In this document: piece after piece, positions 11,181 to 22,085 of the stretch
Numbering within the stretch: position 1 is the stretch's first letter
Layout of the letters: each line of letters starts with the position of its first letter
NCBI GenBank assembly: GCA_032718475.1
Contig: JAUCBJ010000767.1
Span: 1-33,780 of the forward strand
DNA from: Nemertoderma westbladi
Lineage: Eukaryota; Animalia; Xenacoelomorpha
Direction of reading: 5' to 3'
Length of the DNA stretch: 33,780 nucleotides
Program-made: the position numbers and the translations under genes
Notes under the pieces: model-generated
What the model saw: only the letters and a program-made list of their open reading frames with translations
What the model was told of the DNA's origin: nothing
The model's database searches: none

Positions 11181-11584
11181 TTTGAAAGGAAAATCTTCGG
11201 GGGTATGGCTGGTTTTATACGTGCAAGTCGTCAATGTCAATTAGGATTGTCCCATGTGTAACACCAAGTGGCATTGCTTTACCATGCTCTAGAATCAGTT
11301 CTAACAAACGTGATATGAAGATTCTAATATCAGCAGATAGCCCAGATATTGGTCTTTTGAGTGAGTAATCATTTGTGGCGACAATTGACTGTGGAATAGA
11401 CTTTAGTTGCTTTTACATTTATCAGCATGAGCTTTGTCCAACCTGTAACAAAGGCCTGTAACACAAAAAATCGTTACAAGCCCGTCCCACATGTAACATG
11501 TAAATCGAATAAATTTGGGCTACAGAGGAGGACATGTCTCACCTGTAGCACTTCAGTAGAACCGCAATAGGACTATTAATTGTA

Positions 11585-11965
11585 TTTCTATTTAATGAAG
11601 TTGCTAAGGCTAAGAATAAGAAAATCCGTTGGATATATTTGGAGGCCGGTCACGGGAAGGGCCCAGCGGATGGAGTTGGTGAAACGATTAAGAAGACATT
11701 GTCAAACATTATTCGCATGCACATTGATGGCGATACCCCTAGCTTCAATGACATAATTGCCATGCTGAAATCTCGTATTAAAACCAAGTTATTTTTATAC
11801 TCGGCTAATGCTGTGGAACTGGTAAAGGATACCATACCAAGTAACATAGGCCCCCTCCAGGGAATTGGAAAGACCCACAAGATTATATATAATCAGGGTG
11901 GCGATATCTATATGATAAATATTTCTTGTAAGAAAGTAAGTCCACTATTCTGCATCGAGTATGGC
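11585..11965 (+). pseudogene. Sola2-like DDD transposase remnant (third catalytic Asp region and downstream)
   Basis: FLFNEVAKAKNKKIRWIYLEAGHGKGPADGVGETIK...LQGIGKTHKII...ISC. As I recall it, the HGKGPxDGxG motif is typical of Sola2-type transposases. The N-terminal part is missing. Confidence 0.6.
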
Positions 11966-12259
11966 GTGGTAGTCCATGTGTGTCTCAGGCGGAAGGTGTC
12001 ATTGAAACTATTGAAGACGATGAATCAGATGGAATACTGGATGCTGATGATGTAAGGAAGGGAGAAGTGAGAGATATCAGTTAAGGTGGATAGGCAGGGG
12101 ATAGCGGTATAAGTGAAAGAGGATGTGTTAGAAGTGGGCGGGCAGAATGTGAGAGTTGTGAGGGGAGCAGTTAGAGGTGGGAGGGAAAAAGATAGAGGTG
12201 CAAGGGTTGCAATCGGAGGAGCGAGAGGAGTAGTTCGGCGTGCGAGAGGAGAAGCGAAT

Positions 12260-15238
12260 GGAGACGGAGTGGGAAGTACCAGAGGATCTGTGGAGGGTGT
12301 GGGAGGCGGAGTGGGAAGGATGGGGGGATCTGTGGAGGGTGTGGGAGACGGAGTGGGAAGGATGGGGGGATCTGTGGAGGGTGTGGGAGACGGAGTGGGA
12401 GGTATGAGGGCGATCTGTGGAGGGTGTAGGAGACGGAGTGGGAAGTACATGAGGATCTGTGGAAGGTGTGGGGGGCGGAGTGGTAGGAAGTATAGGGGGA
12501 TCTGTGGATGGTGTGGGAGACGGAGTGGGAGGTATGGGGGGATCTGTGGAGGGTGTAGGAGACGGAGTGGGAGGTATGGGGGGATCTGTTGTGTGGATAG
12601 TGTGGGAGACGGAGTGGGAAGTACAGGAGGATCTGTGGAGGGTGTGGGAGGCGGAGTGGGACGTATGGGGGGATCTGTGGAGGGTGTGGGAGACGGAGTG
12701 GGAGGTATGGGGGGATCTGTAGAGGGTGTGGGAGACGGAGTGGGAAGTACAGGAAGGTCTGTGGAGGGTGTGGGAGACAGTGACGGAAGTACAGGCGGTT
12801 CTGCGGAGGGTGTGGGAGGCGGAGTGGGAAGTATGGGGGGGGGGGATCTGTGGAGGGTGTGGGAAACGGAGTGGGAGGTATAGGGGGATCTGTGGAGGGA
12901 GTAGGAGACGGAGTGGGAGGTATGGGGGGATCTGTTGTGTGGATAGTGTGGGAGACGGAGTGGGAAGTACAGGAGGATCTGTGGAGGGTGTGGGAGGCGG
13001 AGTGGGAAGTATGGGGGGATCTGTGGAGGGTGTGGGAGACGGAGTGGGAGGTATGGGGGATCTGTAGAGGGTGTGGGAGACGGAGTGGGAAGTACAGCAA
13101 GGTCTGTGGAGGGTGTGGGAGACAGTGACGGAAGTACAGGCGGTTCTGCGGAGGGTGTGGGAGGCGGAGTGGGAAGTATGGGGGGGGGGGATCTGTGGAG
13201 GGTGTGGGAAACGGAGTGGGAGGTATAGGGGGATCTGTGGAGGGAGTAGGAGACGGAGTGGGAGGTATGGGGGGATCTGTGGAGGGTGTGGGAGACGGAG
13301 TGGGAAGTACAGGAGGATCTGTGGAGGGTGTGAGAGACGGTGTTGGAAGTACAAGAGGATCTGTGGAGGGCGTGGGAGACGGAGTGGGAGGTATGGAGGA
13401 TCTGTGGAGGGTGTAGGAGACGGAGTGGGATGTATGGGGGATCTGTGGAGGGTGTGAGAGACGGTGTTGGAAGTACAGGAGGATCTGTGGAGGGTGTGGG
13501 AGACGGAGTGGGAGGTATGGGGGGATTTGTGGAGGGTGTGGGATACGGAGTGGGAGGTATGGGGGGATCTGTAGAGGGTGTGGGAGACGGAGTGGGAGGT
13601 ATGGGGGATCTGTGGAGGGTGTGAGAGACGGTGTTGGAAGTACAGGAGGATCTGTGGAGGGTGTGGGAGACGGAGGGGGAAGCGCATGAGGATCTGTGGT
13701 GGGTATGGGAGACGGTGTTGGAAGTACAGGAGGATCTGTGGATGGTGTGGGAGGCAACGTGGGAAGTATGTGGGAATCTGTGGTGTGGAGGGTGTAGGAG
13801 ACGGAGTGGGAAGTACATGCGGATCTGTGGAGGGTGTGGGAAGCAAAGTGGGAAGTATGGGGGGATCTGTGGAGGGTGTGGGAGAAGGAGTGGGAAGTAC
13901 AGGAGGATCGATTGAGGGTGTAGGAGACGGAGTGGGAAGTACAGGAGGATCTGATGACGGTGTGGGAGACGGAGTGGGAGGTATGGGGGGATCTGTGGAG
14001 GGTGTGGGAGACGGAGTGGGAAGTACATGAGGATATGTGGAGGGTGTGAGAGACGGTGTTGGACGAACAGGACGATCTGTGGACGGTGTGGGAGACGGAG
14101 TGGGAAGTATAGGAGGATTTGTGAAGGGTGTGGGAGACGGGGTGGGAAGTACAGGAGGATCTGTGGAGGGTGTGGGAGACGGAGTGGGAAGTACAGGAGG
14201 ATCTGTGGAGGGTGTGGGAGACGGAGTGGAGGTATGGGGGGATCTGTGGAGGGTGTGCGACACGGAGTGGGAAGTACCGGAGGATCTGTGGACGGTGTGG
14301 GAGACGGAGTGGGAAGTACAGGAGGATCTGTGGAGGGTGTGGGAGACAGAGTGGGAAGTACAGGAGGATCTGTGGAGGGTGTGGGAGACGGAGTGGGAAG
14401 TACAGGATGATCTGTGGAGGGTGTGGGAGAGGGTGTTGGAAGTACAGGAGGATCTGTGGAGGGTGTGCGAGACGGAGTGGGAGGTACAGGAGGATCTGAG
14501 GAGGGTGTGGGAGACAGTGTTGGAAGTACCGGGGGATCTGTGGACGGTGTGGGAGACGGAGTGGGAAGTACAGGAAGATCTGTGGAGGGTGTGGGACACG
14601 GAGTGGGAAGTACAGGAAGATCTGTGGAGGATGTGGGAGGCAGAGTGGGAAGTACAGGAGGATCTGTGGAGGGTGTGCGAGACGGAGTGGGAAGTACCGG
14701 GGGATCTGTGGATGGTGTGGGATACGGAGTGGGAAGTACAGGAGGATCTGTGGAGGGTGTGGGAGACGGAGTGAGAAGTACAGGAGGATCTGTGGAGGGT
14801 GTGGGAGACCGTGTTGGAAGTACAGGAGGATCTGTGGAGGGTGTGCGAGACGGAGTGGGAGGTATGGGGGGATCTGTGGAGGGTGTGCGACACGGAGTGG
14901 GAAGTACCGGAGGATCTGTGGACGGTGTGGGAGACGGAGTGGGAAGTACAGGAGGATCTGTGGAGGGTGTGGGAGACGGAGTGGGAAGTACAGGAGGATT
15001 TGTGGAGGGTGTGGGAAAGGGTGTTGGAAGTACAGGAGGATCTGTGGAGGGTGTGCGAGATGGAGTGGGAGGTACAGGAGGATCTGTGGAGGGTGTGGGA
15101 GACGGAGTGGGATGTACAGGAGGATCTGAGGAGGGTGTGGGAGACGGTGTTGGAAGTACCGGTGGATCTGTGGACGGTGTGGGAGACGGAGTGGGAAGTA
15201 CAGGAAGATCTGTGGAGGGTGTGCGAGATGGAGTGGGA
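12260..15238. repeat. 42-bp G-rich minisatellite, left block
   Basis: Consensus GGATCTGTGGAGGGTGTGGGAGACGGAGTGGGAAGTACAGGA. It generates the [25 protein letters not shown] and WETEWEV repeat ORFs. Confidence 0.95.
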
Positions 15239-15736
15239 TTGATTGATTGATTGTTTATTGTCTACACTTCTCTATACAGTTCAATACTTGCACAATAATT
15301 AACAGTATACATGATTGAAGCGGTAGTGCCGACCATAATATAACGAGATTTACCAGAAAAAATTAAATATTTAAATTCCGAACAGAAATAGCACAATAAA
15401 AGTACCTACTTACGAGTACATCTCTAATTAACTGTCAAGTCGTGCGATGCTGGGTCTAATATAATTAAATGAATAAATATGTTATATCTAAATAATTGTC
15501 AAGCCGTGTGATACTGGGTCTAGTGTATTGTAATAAAAAGTTATAGTTAAAATAAATAAATAATATATGTAAATAAATAAAGAACAGTGCTTGTTTCACA
15601 ATTTATCATGTTCCACTTAATTAAATAATTATGGTCAGTAGGTTCATAAAATATATAAATGAAAATTACATTATACTAAATATTCGAATCGCGCTCCATC
15701 CAATAAATAATTCGCTATTTGTTACTTAGTCACTTA

Positions 15737-18700
15737 TTAATAATCGTGGGTCATACTTTCGATCATTTTAGCTACCTCCACTTGATTACCTAAACCAAAT
15801 AAACTTGTTAAATCAGACCAGCTTCCATTGACATGTCTCCTGGATCGCTCAGTAAATGGGCAAACGGTAACAATATGTTGTTCCGTCTGGATAGCTCCAC
15901 ATACACAGAAGCGCTCAGTATCTCGTACCCTGGCCCACCTCATTCGTTCTACGGGGAAGCTGTGGCTACCCAGCCTAAATCTCGACCACGCTAGACGGTA
16001 CCGCTCCGGAACTTTGCAGTCTTTGTACAATTGCGGCGAAGTTAACAACGGATTCACTAACTTATACAGATGACGTTTTGTTGTTACAGACTTAGACACG
16101 TCATTTTTCAGCTTATCGTTCTGGATTTTACTGTAATCCGACGGGAGGTTCTTTACTCGATCCACCTCGATAAACATCGGTGAGCTGTTATCCCGGCCGA
16201 TTTCCAAGGCAATCTGCAATGGAGAGTCGGCAACTGGAATAAAACTATTCAGATATTTCCGTTGTTTATCACGGATTAAGGTTTCGAACTCTGGGAGTCC
16301 CAATTCGATAAGGCAGATGTCGCCGCACGTGGTAGGTCGAACACCCAATAGTAGCCTTACCATAGACATATACAATTTAGACATAGGGGCCAATGAACCC
16401 CCGTACCAGGTTTCACAACCGTAAGTTATAGCAGAGATCACTGAGGCGTCAAAAACTTTCCTTTTCACAACGAAAGGAAAGTCTGGGTTCTTATTTAGAA
16501 ATGTCGAAAATTTTAATAGGTGACACTGCTTTTCAGAGGCGTTGAGGGAAATTACTGTAGATATTAAACCATCTGAAGTTATTGGTGAGCCCAGGTAAAT
16601 GTACGAATCTGTATTTACTATTTCTTTTTCGCCGATATCAAAGGAGTTTTTATCGCTTTCTGCTCCATTTATCACTAGGAATTTGGTTTTTTTAATATTT
16701 ATTACCATGCCAGATAGGGAACAAAAATTACGTAGAACTTTTAACTTATCCAATATAGAAAGTCTGCTTGTTCCAAGAATTGCCGTATCATCCATTAGGA
16801 GTACGCTATGTAAAGATTTCAGCCAATCATCAAAAGGCAGACGTTTCAAAGTGCGTACGAAGAAGTCTATAACTATTACAAATAGGTAGCAGCTTCCTGG
16901 AGATCCTTGGCGAACGCCTCTATTACAAATAACGTGGAGCTTGTTAATGTTGGCGACTGTTATTTTGTACATGGCCTGTAATGCATTAAGCATTTTACAT
17001 CCACATCCGAGGTTCTTTAACGTATCAAACATAAAACACCTTTTAACATTGTCATACGCTTTTTCATAGTCTACAAATATTATGTACAAAATCTTTTTGT
17101 AATTCCTGGCATAATCGCACAATAATCTAATCGCAAGGATCTGCTCTAAGCAACCGCGGCCCTTACTCGCCCCCGCTTGTTCTGGTAGGGGCTTGTACCA
17201 AGCATATAATCTATTCGTAAGAACCATATCATAGAGTTTTGCTATACTATTGATAATACTGATTCCCCTATAGTTAGTGCACAACAATCGATTCCCTTTC
17301 TTAAATATTGAGATTAGCTTAGCACCCATCCACATTACGGGATATGCTCCGGAATTAAAAATCAGATTAAACATAATGGTGATAGTTATCATCCAATTCA
17401 ATGGCAGCGCCTTTATGAATTCAGCTGAAATCCCATCGGGTCCAGATGCCTTATTTGGTTTTAGTTTTGTCGCTGCGAACCCAACTTCATGTATAGAAAT
17501 ATCCCCATCCAATATAGGAACGGTCAGGTTAGTTACAATCGTCTCATTTGCCGTATCAGGATCATTCAACAAAGAGTTATAATGCTCGCGGAATTCCTCG
17601 TCAGTTGGACTAGTTCTAGAATTAGAATCTTCAGAAAGGTCGCCATTCCAATTTATAGCTGACCATAATTTTTTCGAATCATTGTTTTCAATCATCTTGA
17701 TCCATCTTTCTGCGCCCCAGGTGTTTGTAGTAATTTCATTATCAGTATTACGGGAGCAGCCCAGGAGCCGACTTATATTTCCTTTATTTTGGGAATGTTT
17801 CGCCGAGTTATAAATAGAATTAGAAACTTCAAGGCATAGAGAGTCCGCGTTATTAGTGCTACTGCTGGTAATGATATTCTTGATATGCTGTGTATGTTTT
17901 TCGGAGACATGATGTCTGAAAACCTCCAAACTGCAGTCAGTCGGGGATATCCGCTTATTTCGAGGAGGGTCGCTAGAGTATTGTTCATACATACCCAGCT
18001 GGCTGGCCCGGTTCGACAAAATATGTAGGGGCAGTTCGTTGACTCTAAGAACAACACTGATGGGCGCATGGTCCGATGGTAAGTCAATATTATTAAAAAT
18101 ATCTAGAGATAAAATTTTGTTATTCGAACTCATTATATTAGCTTTTGGTGCAACAACATAGTCGAGCGCTGATTTCCAAACACCTTTAATTTTAAATGTT
18201 AAGCCACATTGATAACTATAATTATCATTTAGCCTGAGCCCATTTAATATAATTGCGTCGGTGTCATTGCACAGCCGTTTTAATATTCTTCCATGTGAGT
18301 TCACAATGGGGTCTGGCCAGTTGTCATAATCGTGACTGTCGTCTGGATTGCCAATTCTACTGTTAAAATCGCCGCCGACTATGAATGAATCCTCTGTCAT
18401 AAGCATACTCTGGATGGTCCCGAAGCTCGATTCGTTATAATATTTAGATGAACTGTTAGGTATATAACATCCCCCTATGTAGTTAGAGTCTATGATCGGG
18501 ATTTTAACCCACAGTTGATCCTCCACATCCCTCTTAACTTCCGTAACAAATTCCGCCCAGATGGGATTGATAAATAGGGCTACACCACCCCGGTGATTAC
18601 GGCCATGTAGACTCTTACTTCTACCTAAAAATTGTAGTCCTGGTATATTAAAATCCATTATATTATTAATTTCCAATAAAAATATTACATCGAAGTTTAG

Positions 18701-18826
18701 TAAAAACGTGACTGTATTCTTGTTTTCGAATTTATTTTTAAAACCAGCTATATTAAACCATAAGACCTTCAGTTTTTCACACGGCCGACTTAAAAATCCA
18801 ATGTTTTTCCTTGAAATAGTACGGTA
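15737..18826 (-). CDS. LINE ORF2: AP endonuclease, reverse transcriptase and C-terminal CCHC-type zinc finger (open frame of 1029 codons with no upstream ATG)
   Basis: APE motifs LKVLWFNIAG, VIFLLE, GGDFNSR, ALDY and SDHAP. RT motifs YRGISI, FVDYEKAYD, GVRQG, LLMDD and YIYLGS. C-terminal CVC...EQHIVTVCP. The frame is open from 18826. Confidence 0.92.
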   Translation of the reverse strand, partial: YRTISRKNIGFLSRPCEKLKVLWFNIAGFKNKFENKNTVTFLLNFDVIFLLEINNIMDFNIPGLQFLGRSKSLHGRNHRGGVALFINPIWAEFVTEVKRDVEDQLWVKIPIIDSNYIGGCYIPNSSSKYYNESSFGTIQSMLMTEDSFIVGGDFNSRIGNPDDSHDYDNWPDPIVNSHGRILKRLCNDTDAIILNGLRLNDNYSYQCGLTFKIKGVWKSALDYVVAPKANIMSSNNKILSLDIFNNIDLPSDHAPISVVLRVNELPLHILSNRASQLGMYEQYSSDPPRNKRISPTDCSLEVFRHHVSEKHTQHIKNIITSSSTNNADSLCLEVSNSIYNSAKHSQNKGNISRLLGCSRNTDNEITTNTWGAERWIKMIENNDSKKLWSAINWNGDLSEDSNSRTSPTDEEFREHYNSLLNDPDTANETIVTNLTVPILDGDISIHEVGFAATKLKPNKASGPDGISAEFIKALPLNWMITITIMFNLIFNSGAYPVMWMGAKLISIFKKGNRLLCTNYRGISIINSIAKLYDMVLTNRLYAWYKPLPEQAGASKGRGCLEQILAIRLLCDYARNYKKILYIIFVDYEKAYDNVKRCFMFDTLKNLGCGCKMLNALQAMYKITVANINKLHVICNRGVRQGSPGSCYLFVIVIDFFVRTLKRLPFDDWLKSLHSVLLMDDTAILGTSRLSILDKLKVLRNFCSLSGMVINIKKTKFLVINGAESDKNSFDIGEKEIVNTDSYIYLGSPITSDGLISTVISLNASEKQCHLLKFSTFLNKNPDFPFVVKRKVFDASVISAITYGCETWYGGSLAPMSKLYMSMVRLLLGVRPTTCGDICLIELGLPEFETLIRDKQRKYLNSFIPVADSPLQIALEIGRDNSSPMFIEVDRVKNLPSDYSKIQNDKLKNDVSKSVTTKRHLYKLVNPLLTSPQLYKDCKVPERYRLAWSRFRLGSHSFPVERMRWARVRDTERFCVCGAIQTEQHIVTVCPFTERSRRHVNGSWSDLTSLFGLGNQVEVAKMIESMTHDY

Positions 18827-19734
18827 TTATCTCGCATGACACATCTTGTCTGCCAATTTATGAAGATGTTGGTTCCTTGGTTGCAGGGTTTGGACATTTC
18901 GTTTTTCCGAACTGCAAATAACTTGTTATCGGCCTCCATAATTCTTGGGTTTAAATCACGCTTGATATAAACGGATTTGAACTCTGTACCAGCTTTAGAC
19001 AATTGACTTGCACCAGCAAGAAGACTTTCGGTGACTCTCCTTGACCCTACCTCAACCAGAACTGGGCGGGGTCTGGGCCTAGCAGAAATTGCTGGTTCTG
19101 TTTGATTCGCCCCCTCCTTGCTGTTGGTTGAACTTGAATGAGGTTTCCCTAGCCGTTTAAAGGTTACCTTGTTGGCATCCTCATCTCTCATTCCCGCGAT
19201 CTTTAAAACCTTTACGGAAAATTTTCGATCATCCTGCGAGCTGGAACATTCCGGGATTCCGCGCATAATCACATTTTTTGCTCTTCTATCGTTATTGAGT
19301 ATTTCCAATTGTCGTTGTTGTTTCATGATAGAGTCTTTGCATCCCTCTACTTCACTACGGAGCATAACATTTTCTTTCTTTAATGATTCAACTGTTTTGT
19401 CTATTATTGTTACCTTGGAGCGCAGAGCTCCAAGCTCATAGAGTTTTTTGTTTACGTTGGTGATATCATTCTTAATGCCTGCCAGTTCTTTGCGTATTGT
19501 CTCGCGAATAATATCAGCCATGTTTGGCGACTTGGTGGACGTCCTGGCAGGAGTCAGCTCCGCATTCTGGGCTGGGTCGATACCATATCCGGGGGCGGTA
19601 TCGGTGACAGTACTTTCATCAAGCAGGCCGGCATTCTCGAGCGCGTCGTATAGCCTTTCTTTGGTGATCTTTGAGAGGAAGTGTTGCCTGCTAACGCCCG
19701 CCAGATCGGAGATAGACAGCGGTTGGCTACTCAT
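18790..19734 (-). CDS. LINE ORF1p (coiled coil plus RRM-like/L1-type domain), 314 aa
   Basis: Heptad-rich segment followed by NVIMRGIPE...RLGK...RPRPVLV...SVYIKRDL, located directly upstream of ORF2. Confidence 0.85.
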   Translation of the reverse strand: MSSQPLSISDLAGVSRQHFLSKITKERLYDALENAGLLDESTVTDTAPGYGIDPAQNAELTPARTSTKSPNMADIIRETIRKELAGIKNDITNVNKKLYELGALRSKVTIIDKTVESLKKENVMLRSEVEGCKDSIMKQQRQLEILNNDRRAKNVIMRGIPECSSSQDDRKFSVKVLKIAGMRDEDANKVTFKRLGKPHSSSTNSKEGANQTEPAISARPRPRPVLVEVGSRRVTESLLAGASQLSKAGTEFKSVYIKRDLNPRIMEADNKLFAVRKNEMSKPCNQGTNIFINWQTRCVMRDNTVLFQGKTLDF

Positions 19735-20058
19735 AATAGTCCTCTATTCTCAGATCCAAACGAACCCAGGTATGGTACGGTACAAATAGACCGTTAAAAA
19801 AAAGAAACAAAAGGGAAAACTGCAGCTACCGTTTAGCACCAATGTGCCGGTGCTGCAGGGTACGGTACCATATAAAATCAGATAAAATAATTAAAAAAAA
19901 AAAGAAAAAGGAATTGGTTAAAATCACTACGACCGTTACCGGGACCGCAAACGGGCACCAGCTCGTACACAGGGAGGCCTACTGCTGTACTGCTGTACTG
20001 CTCTACACCTACTGCCCTACTGCTGACTGGGTCGGTGAGTGAACTGAACTCGGGTGAA

Positions 20059-22085
20059 TGGGAGGTACAGGAGGATCTGAGGAGGGTGTGGGAGACGGTG
20101 TTGGAAGTACCGGGGGATCTGTGGACGGTATGGGAGACGGAGTGGGAAGTACAGGAAGATCTGTGGAGGGTGTGGGAGACGGAGTGGGAAGTACAGGAAG
20201 ATCTGTGGAGGATGTGGGAGGCAGAGTGGGAAGTACAGGAGGATCTGTGGAGGGTGTGCGAGACGGAGTGGGAAGTACCGGGGGATCTGTGGATGGTGTG
20301 GGATACGGAGTGGGAAGTACAGGAGGATCTGTGGAGGGTGTGGGAGACGGAGTGGGAAGTACAGGAGGATCTGTGGAGGGTGTGGGAGACTGTGTTGGAA
20401 GTACAGGAGGATCTGTGGAGGGTGTGCGAGACGGAGTGGGAGGTATGGGGGGATCTGTGGAGGGTATGCGACACAGAGTGGGAAGTACCGGAGGATCTCT
20501 GGACGGTGTGGGAGACGGAGTGGGAAGTACAGGAGGATCTGTGGAGGGTGTGGGAGACAGAGTGGGAAGTACAGGAGGATCTGTGGAGGATGTGCGAGAC
20601 GGAGTGGGAAGTACAGGAGTATCTGTGGAGGGTGTGGGAGACGGAGTCGGAAGTACAGGAGTATCTGTGGAGGGTGTGGGAGACGGAGTCGGAAGTACAG
20701 GAGGATCTGTGGAGGGTGTGCGAGACAGAGTGGGAAGTACAGGAGGATCGGTGGAAGGTATGGGAGAAGGAGCGGGAGATATGGGGGGGATCTGTAGAGG
20801 GTGTGGGAGACGGAGTGGGAAGTACAGGAGGATCTGTGGAGGGTGTGGGAGACGGAGTGGGAAGTAAAGGAGGATCTGTGGAGGGTGTGGGAGACGGAGT
20901 GGGAGGAATGGGGGGATCTGAGGAGGGTGTGCGAGACGGAGTGGGAAGTACCAGGGGATCTGTGGACGGTGTGGGAGACGGAGTGGGAAGTACAGGAGGA
21001 TCTGTGGAGGGTGTGGGAGGAGTGGGAAGTACAGGGAGATCTGTGGAGGATGTGGGAGGCAGAGTGGGAAGTACAGGAGGATCTGTGGAGGGTGTGCGAG
21101 ACGGAGTGGGAAGTACCGGGGGATCTGTGGATGGTGTGGGATACGGAGTGGGAAGTACAGGAGGATCTGTGGAGGGTGTGGAAGAGGGAGTGGGAAGTAC
21201 AGGAGGATCTGTGGAGGGTGTGGGAGACGGTGTTGGAAGTACAGGAGGATCTGTGGTGGGTGTGCGAGACAGAGTGGGAGGTACAGGAGGATCTGTGGAG
21301 GGTGTGGGAGACGGAGTGGGAAGTACAGGAGGATCTGTGGACGGTGTGGGAGACGGAGTGGGAAGTACAGGAGGATCGGTGGAGGGAGTAGGCGACGGAG
21401 TGGGAGTAATGGGGGGATCTGTGGAGGGTGTGGGAGACGGAGTGGGAAGTATGGGAGGATCTGTGGAGGGTGTGGGAGACGGAGTGGGAAGTACATGGGG
21501 ATCTGTGGAGTGTGTGGGAGACGGTGTTGGAAGTACAGGAGGATCTGTGGAGGATGTGGGAGACGGAATGGGAAGTACAGGAGGATCTGTAGAAGGTGTG
21601 GGAGACGGTGTTGGAAGTACAGGAGGATCTGTGGAAGGTGTGGGAGACGGAATGGGAAGTACAGGAGGATCTGTGGAGGGTGTGGGAGACGGAGTGGGAA
21701 GTACAGGAGGATCGGTGGACGGTGTGGGAGACGGAGTGGGAAGTACAGGAGGATCGGTGGACCGTGTAGGCGACGGAGTGGGAGGAATGGGGGGATCTGT
21801 GGAGGGTGTGGGAGACGGAGTGGGAAGTATGGGAGGATCTGTGGAGTGTGTGGGAGACGGTGTTGGAAGTACAGGAGGATCTGTGGAGGATGTGGGAGAC
21901 GGAATGGGAAGTACAGGAGGATCTGTAGAAGGTGTGGGAGACGGTGTTGGAAGTACAGGAGGATCTGTGGAAGGTGTGGGAGACGGAATGGGAAGTACAG
22001 GAGGATCTGTAGAAGGTGTGGGAAACGGTGTTGGAAGTACAGGAGGATCTGTGGAGGGTGTGGGAGACGGAGTGGGAAGTATGAA
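20059..22085. repeat. 42-bp G-rich minisatellite, right block
   Basis: Same unit as 12260-15238, continuing in phase after the LINE. Confidence 0.95.

Larger units (their letters stand above)
15239..20058 (-). mobile_element. Full-length, apparently intact two-ORF LINE (APE-RT; clade uncertain, RTEX/CR1-L2-group-like)
   Basis: ~320-nt 5' UTR, ORF1, ORF2, ~500-nt 3' UTR ending AATAAA-(CAAT)n. 5-bp TSD TGGGA at 15234-15238 and 20059-20063, where the satellite unit resumes in register. Confidence 0.92.

Noticed and set aside
12025-15250. Long Pro/Thr-rich mucin-like and Gly-rich ORFs (up to 921 aa)
   Set aside because: Several frames on both strands are open because the 42-bp unit lacks stops. 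The reading frames swap at indels, so there is no sign of frame maintenance.
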